Below, piece by piece: positions 9,888-18,426 of a stretch of DNA of 64,000 nt. How positions within the stretch are numbered: the stretch's first letter is position 1; each line of letters begins with the position of its first letter. This DNA is from Candidatus Latescibacterota bacterium (lineage in GTDB: Bacteria; Latescibacterota; UBA2968; GCA-2709665). A program made the translations under genes and the position numbers. Under the pieces are notes generated by a model. It worked only from the letters and a program-made list of their open reading frames with translations, ran no database searches and was not told the origin of the DNA. The stretch spans positions 128,001 through 192,000 of the forward strand of contig OZ242358.1 of the NCBI GenBank assembly GCA_965208835.1, given 5' to 3'.

Positions 9888-12248
9888 CTACCCGATTTTC
9901 TCACCTCTACCCTTACCTGGCTCCAGCACCTGCCGTGTCTCAGCCTCCGAGGCAATGGTCTCCCAGTCCCACAGTTGAGGGACATACCCCACGTTTGCCC
10001 AGAGTTGCGCCTGGTCCGAATAGTGCGCGCTGCCGGGATGTCCGGAGGCCCCCAGCGGCACGATCCACAACGAATTGCTCCAGTCCGACGGATCGTGGAT
10101 GTACCGGTTTACCGACATCCCGGTCGCAACAAAAGGCTCGCTCGCGTCATACCCGCCGGCCAGCGGAACGTCCCCGTCTCCATGTGTGGGCAGACAGGGC
10201 GGATCCAGAAGCCGTGCGCATTCCGGAAAAACCTGCGACAGCGGATGCCTCGGACGGGTCTGGTGGACGCGGCCCCACTTCCACCCGGACATCTCATCGC
10301 CCAGCCGTTCCCTGAGGTCTCCGACGGCCCGCCGGAGACTTTCGGCCAGAAGGTCTTCCCAACTGCGGCCGTCCGGCAACATGGATCCGTCGCCCCGCTC
10401 GAGACCCAGGATCATCTCCAGAACGATCAGCCGGACGTGCGCTTCCGCTCCCGAGGCCCCCTCCAGCGCCGGGGCCGCCATATCGCCCAGCAGGTGCTCC
10501 GCCAGGATTCGCGTTGCGCACAGGCGGGTCTGGGAATAGATCGTCGGCTGCGGAAGGTCCCGGTCCATGCGATAGTCCCACTCGCGCAAGAGCGCGAGGG
10601 CCTGCCCGGACTCCACGTCCGGAGCCTTGACCTTCAGTAGCGCCCGTGTGAATATCCGCGCCGGAATCGACGTCCGGTCCGCGTGCATGCACGCCATATC
10701 TTCCACGGTGGCCGTGCCCGGTTTCAGGTCCAGAATGTCCGACTGAAGGCGCTTCGCCCTGTATTCCGGACTGAAGTACAGTCCCACGTAGTACGGATAT
10801 TCGTGCCCGGCCACGCGCTGGTTGCACGTCACCGCGTATCCGGCCCGTGGACGGATCGCCCGGGGCAGGTCGTCGTGAGGTATATACCCCTTCCACTCGT
10901 ATTTCCCGGTCCAGCCGGGTACCGCCCGCCATCCATTGGCTTCAGTACGAATGGGGATCTTTCCCTCGTGCAAATATCCGAAACCGCCATGGATGTCTAC
11001 AACCGCGTAGTTGTTCACCCGGTCGGTCCAGTTTCGGAATGCACCGTGCAGTTCCTCCACAGTGGTTGCGAGCATCGCGTCCCTGGCGGCGTCCAGCCAC
11101 GGCGTGCCCCGAATGAGCCCCGGGTCGCTGATCGCAATGCCGTATCCCGCCTCGGGATTGCCAGCGATGACAGGGCCGTGGTGCGTGATGGTCACTTCGA
11201 TCTCGACCGGCTCCGCGTTGCGTACCGCGATCGTCTCATGAAGGACTTCAGCCTGTCTCCACGTGTCCACGAATTCGTACTCCCGCCGGCCGGCCCTCTC
11301 CCGGAATCGCTCCACGAACAAGTCCTGCGTGTCGGCATTTCCGTAGGTCATTCCCCAACCCACATGCTCGTTGTGACAGAAGTGCAGGATCCCGGGCATC
11401 CCGGGTATCGAAGATCCGATGATCGAAAATTCGGGGCAGGAGAGATGGGCCTGATAGTAGACGCTCGGCGTATCCAGGGCCCTGTGGGAATCTCCGCCCA
11501 TCAGCGGCAATCCGGAGCGGGTACGTTCGCCTGAAATCGCCCAGGCGTTGGAACCGGCGTCCGCCTCCTTCAGCCAGTTGACGTCCTCCAGCGCCTTGCC
11601 GAGTTCCTCCAGTCCGTCCACGGCGGGCCCACGATACACCTCCCCGGGTGGTACGGTGAGCAGATGGCCGCCGGGATACCCTTTGATGATGCGCGCTGCC
11701 TTCCCGGGGCCGATCCGGAGGGCCAGGCGCGTACGGAAAAGTTTCGGCTCGAACGTCCCCAACAGGGTATTGCGCATCTTGTAGACAGCAATACAGTGCC
11801 AATTCTCCCACGGTTCGGGCGACCTGTCCAGAAGTTTGTATTCGACCGGATGCGTCGACGTCGTTTCGATGAATGCGTTCACGCCCGCGGTGTACGCGTC
11901 CACCATCGCTCTCGCGGCCGCGCCCGCCGCGTCGTAGTCATGCCTGGCGGTGCGTCCCATTCCGGCCGTACGCAACAGCCGGTCCTGGTCCACGCCGTCG
12001 GGGCCGGCGATTTCCGCCCACCGCCCCAGCGCCCGGAACCGGTCGTAGTCCATATGCCAGAGCCGGTCCTGGGCTGTCGCGAAACCCTGCGCGAAGAATA
12101 CGTCGTGTTCGTTACCGGCCGAAATGTGCGGAATGCCCCACCGGTCCCGATAGATTGTAACCGCGTCGATCAAACCGGGCATGCGCAACGTGGAGGTCAC
12201 ATCCGGCAGCGCGCCCTCAAGGTCGGCTTTCGTGAGTTCTACGGGCAT
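9888..12248 (-). CDS. Penicillin acylase family protein (peptidase S45, Ntn hydrolase)
   Basis: RDRWGIPHI, AQGFATAQDRLW, autoprocessing site GSNAWAISG, HHGPV, SGHPGSAHYSDQ; no evident signal peptide. Confidence 0.92.
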   Translation of the reverse strand: MPVELTKADLEGALPDVTSTLRMPGLIDAVTIYRDRWGIPHISAGNEHDVFFAQGFATAQDRLWHMDYDRFRALGRWAEIAGPDGVDQDRLLRTAGMGRTARHDYDAAGAAARAMVDAYTAGVNAFIETTSTHPVEYKLLDRSPEPWENWHCIAVYKMRNTLLGTFEPKLFRTRLALRIGPGKAARIIKGYPGGHLLTVPPGEVYRGPAVDGLEELGKALEDVNWLKEADAGSNAWAISGERTRSGLPLMGGDSHRALDTPSVYYQAHLSCPEFSIIGSSIPGMPGILHFCHNEHVGWGMTYGNADTQDLFVERFRERAGRREYEFVDTWRQAEVLHETIAVRNAEPVEIEVTITHHGPVIAGNPEAGYGIAISDPGLIRGTPWLDAARDAMLATTVEELHGAFRNWTDRVNNYAVVDIHGGFGYLHEGKIPIRTEANGWRAVPGWTGKYEWKGYIPHDDLPRAIRPRAGYAVTCNQRVAGHEYPYYVGLYFSPEYRAKRLQSDILDLKPGTATVEDMACMHADRTSIPARIFTRALLKVKAPDVESGQALALLREWDYRMDRDLPQPTIYSQTRLCATRILAEHLLGDMAAPALEGASGAEAHVRLIVLEMILGLERGDGSMLPDGRSWEDLLAESLRRAVGDLRERLGDEMSGWKWGRVHQTRPRHPLSQVFPECARLLDPPCLPTHGDGDVPLAGGYDASEPFVATGMSVNRYIHDPSDWSNSLWIVPLGASGHPGSAHYSDQAQLWANVGYVPQLWDWETIASEAETRQVLEPGKGRGEKIG

Positions 12249-12269
12249 GAATTGTCCTCTTCAGGCGTT

Positions 12270-13130
12270 CTAATTTGCATTCGCGTCGTCGAGCCAGCGT
12301 TGAACCGCCTCCGAGAAACCGTCCGCGTTGTGTTCCGACACCACAGGAAACCGCGATTGCAAGGGTTCCGGGGCGTTTTGGACGACAAATGGAAATCCGC
12401 ACCACTGCAACATATCCAAGTCATTATAGTCGTTGCCGATGGCAGCGGTGCGGCCGGCGTCCACGCCCAGGCGTTCGCACAGCCTGGCAGCGGACCGGGC
12501 CTTGGAAACGTGCTTTGGAAAAATCTCAAACCACGTGGATTGGTGATCCGAAGGCGACGTGGTCCGGATCACCGACAGGTCCTCCAGGGCCTTCGAGAGC
12601 GCGTCGTGAGTGCGCCAGGGATCCGTTTCGGTCGGACAGACAACCACAAACTGCGAGGCCCGGCCGTTTCCGGGGCAACCGGGATTCAACGGGCGACAAT
12701 GTTCCGCGTTGTATTGACGCCTGCGTACAAAATCGGGATTGTTTTCGTTCTGCTCCCAGTACTCGAACGTATGGTTCTCCGGAACGGGCGCGTGGACCAT
12801 GAAGTCATATCCGCCGTCGATGAGATGCCCGGTAACGCGGCGCACGTCTCCGGCGGAAAGGGAATGGGATTCCACCAGCGTCTGATCCCGAAAATCGAAG
12901 ACACCTACCCCGGACGAAGTGATCAGAAAATCGATCGGGAATGACTCGCTCAGGACGGTACGGGCCGACATATGCGACCTGCCGGTGACCACGGTCCGCC
13001 AGACGTTCTTTCCGCCCAGCTTTTTCAGCGTTTCCAGGCTTCGGACGCTTGCCTTGCGATCGCTCTGCAGCAGTGTGCCGTCAAGATCCGTAAACAGTGC
13101 AAGGCCCGATCTTTCTTCATCTGGCGCCAA
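12270..13130 (-). CDS. HAD-superfamily hydrolase, subfamily IIB (Cof-type)
   Basis: TDLDGTLL, VTGRS, SKA, IGNDYNDLDML; TTG 13130 preceded by GGAGG. Confidence 0.88.
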   Translation of the reverse strand: MAPDEERSGLALFTDLDGTLLQSDRKASVRSLETLKKLGGKNVWRTVVTGRSHMSARTVLSESFPIDFLITSSGVGVFDFRDQTLVESHSLSAGDVRRVTGHLIDGGYDFMVHAPVPENHTFEYWEQNENNPDFVRRRQYNAEHCRPLNPGCPGNGRASQFVVVCPTETDPWRTHDALSKALEDLSVIRTTSPSDHQSTWFEIFPKHVSKARSAARLCERLGVDAGRTAAIGNDYNDLDMLQWCGFPFVVQNAPEPLQSRFPVVSEHNADGFSEAVQRWLDDANAN

Positions 13131-13177
13131 CCCGTGCCTCCATCCACGCGCGGTCGACCCTTCGGCCGCGCTGCTTT

Positions 13178-13370
13178 GCCTCAATCAGAAAAAACAGCAA
13201 CGCGGCGACGCGATAAGACCCTCCGAAACGGGGCGTTATCGACGTATAGAAGGACATTTTTTACCTTTACGTCAAGTAACCTGGTGTATCCTGGTAATCT
13301 GCAGTTTAATCGCCTTTATCAACTTGCACAAATACGAACTAACGTCACCGAAGACTCACGAATCAAGGTT
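13178..13370. mobile_element. MITE family D (~193 bp, IS-end derived)
   Basis: Homologous, inverted, to 21369-21562 and partly to 57863-57963; imperfect TIRs AACCTTGATTCG / GCCTCAATC. Confidence 0.8.
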
Positions 13371-13461
13371 AAGCATCGGTAAAACGACAGGAATACAACG
13401 AAGCCTTCTTCATCCCTCCCCCGTGACGCGGATATGATGCGCCGGGAAATTCCGCGTGAAT

Positions 13462-13506
13462 ATAAAAAATCCGGAAGAAAACACATAACCGATTCTCCTC
13501 CGGATT
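13462..13506 (-). terminator. Putative intrinsic terminator downstream of the CDP-alcohol transferase gene
   Basis: AATCCGGA...TCCGGATT stem followed on the minus strand by TTTTAT. Confidence 0.4.
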
Positions 13507-13624
13507 GACGATGGCGATACATGAAAAGCTGGTATAACAAAAACGGCGCACTGCCGTGCGCCTTCTCTCTCATTCAAGGCCCCTGACCTGTCTTCGGTTC
13601 AGGCGAATCCTGCCGGTCTACCCG

Positions 13625-14206
13625 TCAATCCCTGGACCGTTTGCGGAAGTACAACACCCGGTGCAGCGCGGTATAGTTGGACAAAAACGCGATGGCCCAG
13701 ATCGCTATCGTAAGACCGATTTCGCCCACCAGCGCCCCCACCCCAATGGCAATGACCCTTTCTGGCCGCTGCATGAAACCGACCTTGCACTCTTCGCCCA
13801 GGCCCTCGACACGCGCGCGGATATAGCTCACCATCAACGAGCCGGCCAGCGCAAAAAACACGGCGGACGTGGTCCAGAGGGAGTCAGACCGGATGAAGCT
13901 GACCGCCACGCCAAACCAGATCACGATTTCCGAATACCGGTCTACAGTGGAATCCAGGAGCGCGCCGAACGTGGTTTCGCTCCGCCCCACGCGGGCGACC
14001 TGTCCATCCAGAAAATCGAACACACCGGCAAGGAGCACGATTAAGCCGGCCCAACGCAGGTAATCGAAACCGAAAAGCGCCGCCGCAACCAGGTTCAGGA
14101 GGAACCCGACCAGTGTTAGCGCATTCGGCCGGAACCGCTTCTTGACAAGGTACTGCGTGGAGGGTTCGAGCAGTTCGGCGACGTCGTCTTTGACTTTCTC
14201 GATCAC
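13625..14206 (-). CDS. CDP-alcohol phosphatidyltransferase (PgsA/PIP synthase-like)
   Basis: PNALT; signature DxxDGxxAR...GxxLDxxxD (DFLDGQVAR...FGALLDSTVDR); SYIRARVEG and RPER typical of the PI(P) synthase-like subgroup. Confidence 0.9.
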   Translation of the reverse strand: MIEKVKDDVAELLEPSTQYLVKKRFRPNALTLVGFLLNLVAAALFGFDYLRWAGLIVLLAGVFDFLDGQVARVGRSETTFGALLDSTVDRYSEIVIWFGVAVSFIRSDSLWTTSAVFFALAGSLMVSYIRARVEGLGEECKVGFMQRPERVIAIGVGALVGEIGLTIAIWAIAFLSNYTALHRVLYFRKRSRD

Positions 14207-14278
14207 GAGCCGTCACTCTCCAAAGGCCGCGGATTCGCAGTTCTACCGGATTTACAATACCCATCGCGGATTTTTTGA

Positions 14279-14307
14279 AATATAGAATAATCGCAGGGGG
14301 GGAGCAA
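14279..14307 (-). promoter_or_regulatory. Putative sigma70 promoter of the CDP-alcohol transferase gene
   Basis: Minus strand TTGCTC-N17-TATATT. Confidence 0.45.
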
Positions 14308-14398
14308 GGGAAATCTCCCGTCCCGAACGCGCCGCGAATCGACCGATTTCGGCGAGTCGACGCCAGCCGCGCCCCATACCGACGGCACTTTCCCGACG

Positions 14399-14519
14399 CT
14401 TTCCACATGATGTCGTCAGAACTGTGGATACTTGTGGATTAAATCCAATAAATATATAAAAAAACAAATAAATAGTTATCCACACTGGCTGCTGTCCAGG
14501 TTTTGAACAACGTGGATAA
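14399..14519. promoter_or_regulatory. DnaA-box cluster around an AT-rich tract (oriC-distal)
   Basis: CTTTCCACA 14399, TGTGGATAC 14423, TGTGGATTA 14433, perfect TTATCCACA 14476, CGTGGATAA 14511; A-rich tract at 14447-14475. Confidence 0.7.
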
Positions 14520-14601
14520 CCTATATTCCGGATGCGAATGCCACACGGACGGCCTGCTTCCCGCCGGGACGTGCAGACGCCGGCTTCGTCGTCCTTATCC
14601 C

Positions 14602-14630
14602 TTGACACACGGCGGCCGGCATGTTATTCT
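14602..14630 (+). promoter_or_regulatory. sigma70 promoter upstream of the FAH gene
   Basis: TTGACA-N17-TATTCT with extended -10 TG. Confidence 0.6.
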
Positions 14631-14666
14631 TCGCACGCTGTTCGGCACGATATCCTCATCCTATAA

Positions 14667-14826
14667 CAGTCCGTTGGAAAAGTCGCTCTGCAGGCGAGGG
14701 CGAGCCATCGTGGCCGAAGACAAGGCGCGCGACCGAGTCGACTCTGGGGATTCGGCGAGGGAGCGCAACGCGGTAGTTCGGCCGCGAGAGCCGGACGCAG
14801 CCCGGATGGGCTTTTTCAACGGGCTG
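14667..14826. mobile_element. MITE family B (IS5-like ends)
   Basis: TIRs CAGTCCGTTGGAAAAG ... CTTTTTCAACGGGCTG; homologous to 28050-28195 and 40391-40549. Confidence 0.8.
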
Positions 14827-14849
14827 ATTAAGGAAAGGTATTCCGCCTT

Positions 14850-15707
14850 ATGCGACTGCTCACTTTTGAATACCAGGGTTCGCAACGCGTCGGCGTCCGG
14901 TCAGGAGATTCGGTTGTGGACGTGAGCCGCGTCGATCCGGACCTTCCACCGGATCTCGTGAGTCTGCTCGAAGCGGGGCCGGATGCCCTGGCCGCGGCGG
15001 GAGACGCGGCGGAGCGGGGCGAAGGCATCGACGCCGGCGACATCCGTGTTGTCGCGCCTGTCCAGAAGCCGGAGAAGATCCTCTGCATCGGCCTCAACTA
15101 CGCGGACCACGCGGCCGAGAGCAATATGCCCATTCCGTCGGAGCCGGTGGTGTTTTCCAAGTTCTCTTCCACCATTATCGGTCCCGGCGACGCAATCCGG
15201 CTGCCTTCGGTGACGCGGTCTATCGACTATGAAGTGGAATTGGTGGTTGTCATCGGAACGGCGGGAAAAGATATATCGGAATCCGACGCGATGGACCACG
15301 TTGCGGGCTATACCGTTGGCCACGACGTGAGCGCGCGCGACTTCCAGCTCGAAAAACCCGGCGGTCAGTGGCTGTTGGGCAAGACCTTTGAGACATTCGC
15401 GCCACTGGGGCCGGATGTCGTCACGCCCGACGAGGCCGGCGACCCACACAACCTGGGCATACGATGCATCCTGAACGGCGAGACCGTACAGGACTCGAAT
15501 ACGGCGCAGTTGATTTTCAGGGTCGACCAGCTGATCGCCTACCTGTCCCGGGTCATCACTCTGCAGCCTGGCGACCTGATCTTCACGGGAACGCCGCCGG
15601 GAGTCGGAATGGCCCGGGATCCGCAGCTCTGGCTCAAGGCGGGCGACACTGTCGTCTGTGAAGTCGACGGTATCGGCAGGCTAGAGAATCCGGTTGTGTC
15701 AGGCTGA
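14850..15707 (+). CDS. Fumarylacetoacetate hydrolase family protein
   Basis: KILCIGLNYADH, DYEVEL, HDVSARDFQ, GKTFETF, PGDLIFTGTPPGVG. Confidence 0.93.
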   Translation: MRLLTFEYQGSQRVGVRSGDSVVDVSRVDPDLPPDLVSLLEAGPDALAAAGDAAERGEGIDAGDIRVVAPVQKPEKILCIGLNYADHAAESNMPIPSEPVVFSKFSSTIIGPGDAIRLPSVTRSIDYEVELVVVIGTAGKDISESDAMDHVAGYTVGHDVSARDFQLEKPGGQWLLGKTFETFAPLGPDVVTPDEAGDPHNLGIRCILNGETVQDSNTAQLIFRVDQLIAYLSRVITLQPGDLIFTGTPPGVGMARDPQLWLKAGDTVVCEVDGIGRLENPVVSG

Positions 15708-16555
15708 CCGGCCGGACGTCGAAAATCCGGCTTGATACCGGCAGGTCCGAAAAGCCTCTCCAATCTCCCGTCAGATTTCGTCGTTCCCGCTGTTCCCGGA
15801 CGCCACCGATTTTGCTCTTGAAGGCGTGATTGTATTTTATAAAGTTCTTAATAAACAAGATTTTATATCTCGTTTCTACACACACAAGTGTGTGTAATCC
15901 TCTCTAAAAAAGCGGCAATCAACTGCCAGCGGAACCTCTCCCCCCGACCCCCTCTCCTAAAGGAAAGGGGGAGCGAAACCAGGAATACCTGCCTTACACG
16001 GAGACACAAAGAAAAACCAGACAGGTTCATCAAGAACCGGTACAAACGTTAACCCAGACAGAGATCCTTACCTTTAAAGATTCACGACCGCCCGGAGGTG
16101 GAGTTGGGGGTTTTTCCGTGCGGTTCCGATCAGCATTGTTGTACGGGAACGACTTAGGGACTTGTAGGCCACCCGATTCCAATTTGCGCCTCTGAGGGGA
16201 TTCACGGAAAAACCGGCCCCGCGCCGAGTCGCGTGAATGGAAAAAGGGTGTAAGAAAATAAAAAACAATAAGTAATTGGCGAAATTCGCGACAAACAGCC
16301 ATCTTTCTTCTTTCTAAATCATGTCTCCGGCGGATTCTTTTTCGTCCATTTTCGCACATTAGAAAAGGGACGAAGAAAAAAGCAAGTCGGTGTGAAGTAA
16401 AGAGCCTCTAACCACCCGGAAGGTAGTCCCGGGGAGCCGTTGTCCGCCGAAAGGAGACCTGTCAAGAGGCTTTGGTCCAGCCGCGACGGGACGACCTCTA
16501 GATAGTCTCTCGCCGCATGATGTATTGCAGATGCCGCATAACGGAGGATGCCAGG

Positions 16556-18397
16556 ATGAATCTCGGAAACATGATCGAAAAAGCGCGCAGGGGGAGGTTC
16601 AGCCAGCAGGCGCTGGGTGAAAAAATCGGCGTCTGGGGCACCTATATCGGACAGATAGAAAGCGGTAAGCGCATTCCCTCGGAAGAGCGGTGCATGGACC
16701 TGGCGGCCATCCTCGACCTGGACCCCAGGGCTCTATTGATTCAGGCTTACCGCCAGCGCGCCAATACGAAAGAGGCCAGGCGCCTTTTCGACGACATGGC
16801 TGGATCGATTGCAGATCCTACCGGCCTCGAGCAGGGCGGCGACTCCGAGGGCGGCCGCCATCCGACCGGCGCCGGGCAGGACGACAATTCTCCGGCCCGG
16901 ATCGGTCGTGCGGGGGAGCCTCCCTTTACCCGCGGCGTCTATCCCTCCATGTATCGCGGCCGCCTCTGGACCATCCGCCAGTACGCGGGATTTTCCACCC
17001 CGGCGGAGACCAACGCCCGGTTTCGCGCTCTGATCGACCGGGGTCAGACCGGCCTGAGCGTGGCGTTTGATCTGCCCACGCAGATGGGTTATGACTCGGA
17101 CCATCCGAATGCCGAGGGTGAAGTGGGCAGGGTGGGCGTGGCGGTGGACGGCCTGTGGGACCTGGAAACCCTGTTCGACAAGATCCCGCTCGGCCGTATC
17201 AGCACCTCCATGACGATCAATGCGACGGCGTGCATCCTGTTCGCCCTTTATGCGGCCCTCGGAATGCGGCGCGGAGTGCCGGCTTCGGTGCTTGCCGGCA
17301 CGGTCCAGAACGACATTCTCAAGGAATATGTTTCACGTGGAACATATATCTTCCCGATCCGCGACTCGATGCGCCTCGTCGTGGACCTGATGGCCTATTG
17401 TCTCCGGGCGGCGCCCAAATGGAATCCCATCAGCGTAAGCGGGTACCACATGAGAGAAGCGGGCGCAACCGCCGGACAGGAGCTTGGCTTCACGCTCGCC
17501 CACGCTCTGGCGTACGCCGATGCCGCCCGCGGGGCAGGCCTCGAAATGGAACGGGTTCTGCCGAAATTTTCCTTCTTCTTTGGGGTCCACAACGATTTTC
17601 TGGAGGAAATCGCAAAGTTCCGGGCGGCGAGGCGCCTCTGGAGCCGGCTCGTCGAGGAACGCCTGGGCGTAGAGGACCCCCGTTGCCGGCGCCTGAGATT
17701 TCACGCCCAGACCGCGGGCTCGACGCTCACTGCTCAACAGCCGTTGAACAACTGCGCGCGGACCACCCTGCAGGCGCTTGCGGCCGTCCTGGGCGGCGCG
17801 CAGTCGCTGCATGTCAACGCCTACGATGAAGCGCTCGGTCTGCCGTCGGATACGGGTGCGCAGCTGGCCGTGCGCACCCAGCAGATCCTGGCAAACGAAA
17901 GCGGTATCCCCGACACCGTGGATCCGATGGGTGGATCATATGCAGTGGAAGAGATGACCGATAACCTGGAAGAAGAAGCCGTTGCCGTTCTCGAGTCGGT
18001 CGACAGGGAGGGTGGGGCGACGCAGGCTGCCGCAAACGGCTTCACTGCGGCCTCCATCGCGGAATCGGCGTACGATGCGCAGAAGAAGATCGAATCGGGC
18101 GAGACCGTTGTGGTGGGTGTAAACAGGTATCAGGACACCCCGGAACCGCCGGTTTCGGTGTTCCAGCCCCCGGGGGAGACAGAGTACACACAGAAAGGCG
18201 GGCTGGAGAGGGCACGAGGCATGCGGAATTCCGACGCCGCGAACGCCGCAATGGACGTCGTCGAGCGGCGGGCGAGGGGCGAGGGGTCGATCACGGAAGC
18301 GGTCGTGGCGGCTTGTTCGGCCGGCGCTACCGTGGGCGAGATATCGGACAGGCTGCGTGCTGTTTTTGGATCCTACCGACCGGGAGGGCAATCGTGA
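16556..18397 (+). CDS. XRE-family HTH domain fused to methylmalonyl-CoA mutase substrate-binding (large) subunit; no B12-binding domain
   Basis: N-terminal SQQALGEKIGVWGTYIGQIESGKRIPS (HTH_3 pattern), Gly-rich linker, then PFTRGVYPSMYRGRLWTIRQYAGF, GLSVAFDLPTQMGYDSD, QNDILKE, SGYHMREAG, EEIAKFRAAR; RBS GGAGG before ATG 16556. Confidence 0.88.
   Translation: MNLGNMIEKARRGRFSQQALGEKIGVWGTYIGQIESGKRIPSEERCMDLAAILDLDPRALLIQAYRQRANTKEARRLFDDMAGSIADPTGLEQGGDSEGGRHPTGAGQDDNSPARIGRAGEPPFTRGVYPSMYRGRLWTIRQYAGFSTPAETNARFRALIDRGQTGLSVAFDLPTQMGYDSDHPNAEGEVGRVGVAVDGLWDLETLFDKIPLGRISTSMTINATACILFALYAALGMRRGVPASVLAGTVQNDILKEYVSRGTYIFPIRDSMRLVVDLMAYCLRAAPKWNPISVSGYHMREAGATAGQELGFTLAHALAYADAARGAGLEMERVLPKFSFFFGVHNDFLEEIAKFRAARRLWSRLVEERLGVEDPRCRRLRFHAQTAGSTLTAQQPLNNCARTTLQALAAVLGGAQSLHVNAYDEALGLPSDTGAQLAVRTQQILANESGIPDTVDPMGGSYAVEEMTDNLEEEAVAVLESVDREGGATQAAANGFTAASIAESAYDAQKKIESGETVVVGVNRYQDTPEPPVSVFQPPGETEYTQKGGLERARGMRNSDAANAAMDVVERRARGEGSITEAVVAACSAGATVGEISDRLRAVFGSYRPGGQS
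17329..17344. promoter_or_regulatory. parS centromere-like site (inside the mutase CDS)
   Basis: TGTTTCACGTGGAACA is the reverse complement of consensus TGTTCCACGTGAAACA. Confidence 0.8.
18307..18396 (+). repeat. Left copy of ~90-bp direct repeat (mutase 3' end + RBS + GTG)
   Basis: GGCGGCTTGTTCGGCCGGCGCTACCGTGGGCGAGATATCGGACAGGCTGCG...GACCGGGAGGGCAATCGTG; matches 23365-23453. Confidence 0.9.
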
Positions 18398-18426
18398 ACG
18401 CCCGAGAACGCCGCAGAGCCGGAATC

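Noticed and set aside
9629-10640. Plus-strand ORFs (228 and 300 aa) containing the repeated GTHKGCPYQC peptide
   Set aside because: The peptide repeat is a translation of REP DNA, and the remainder is antisense to the penicillin acylase gene.
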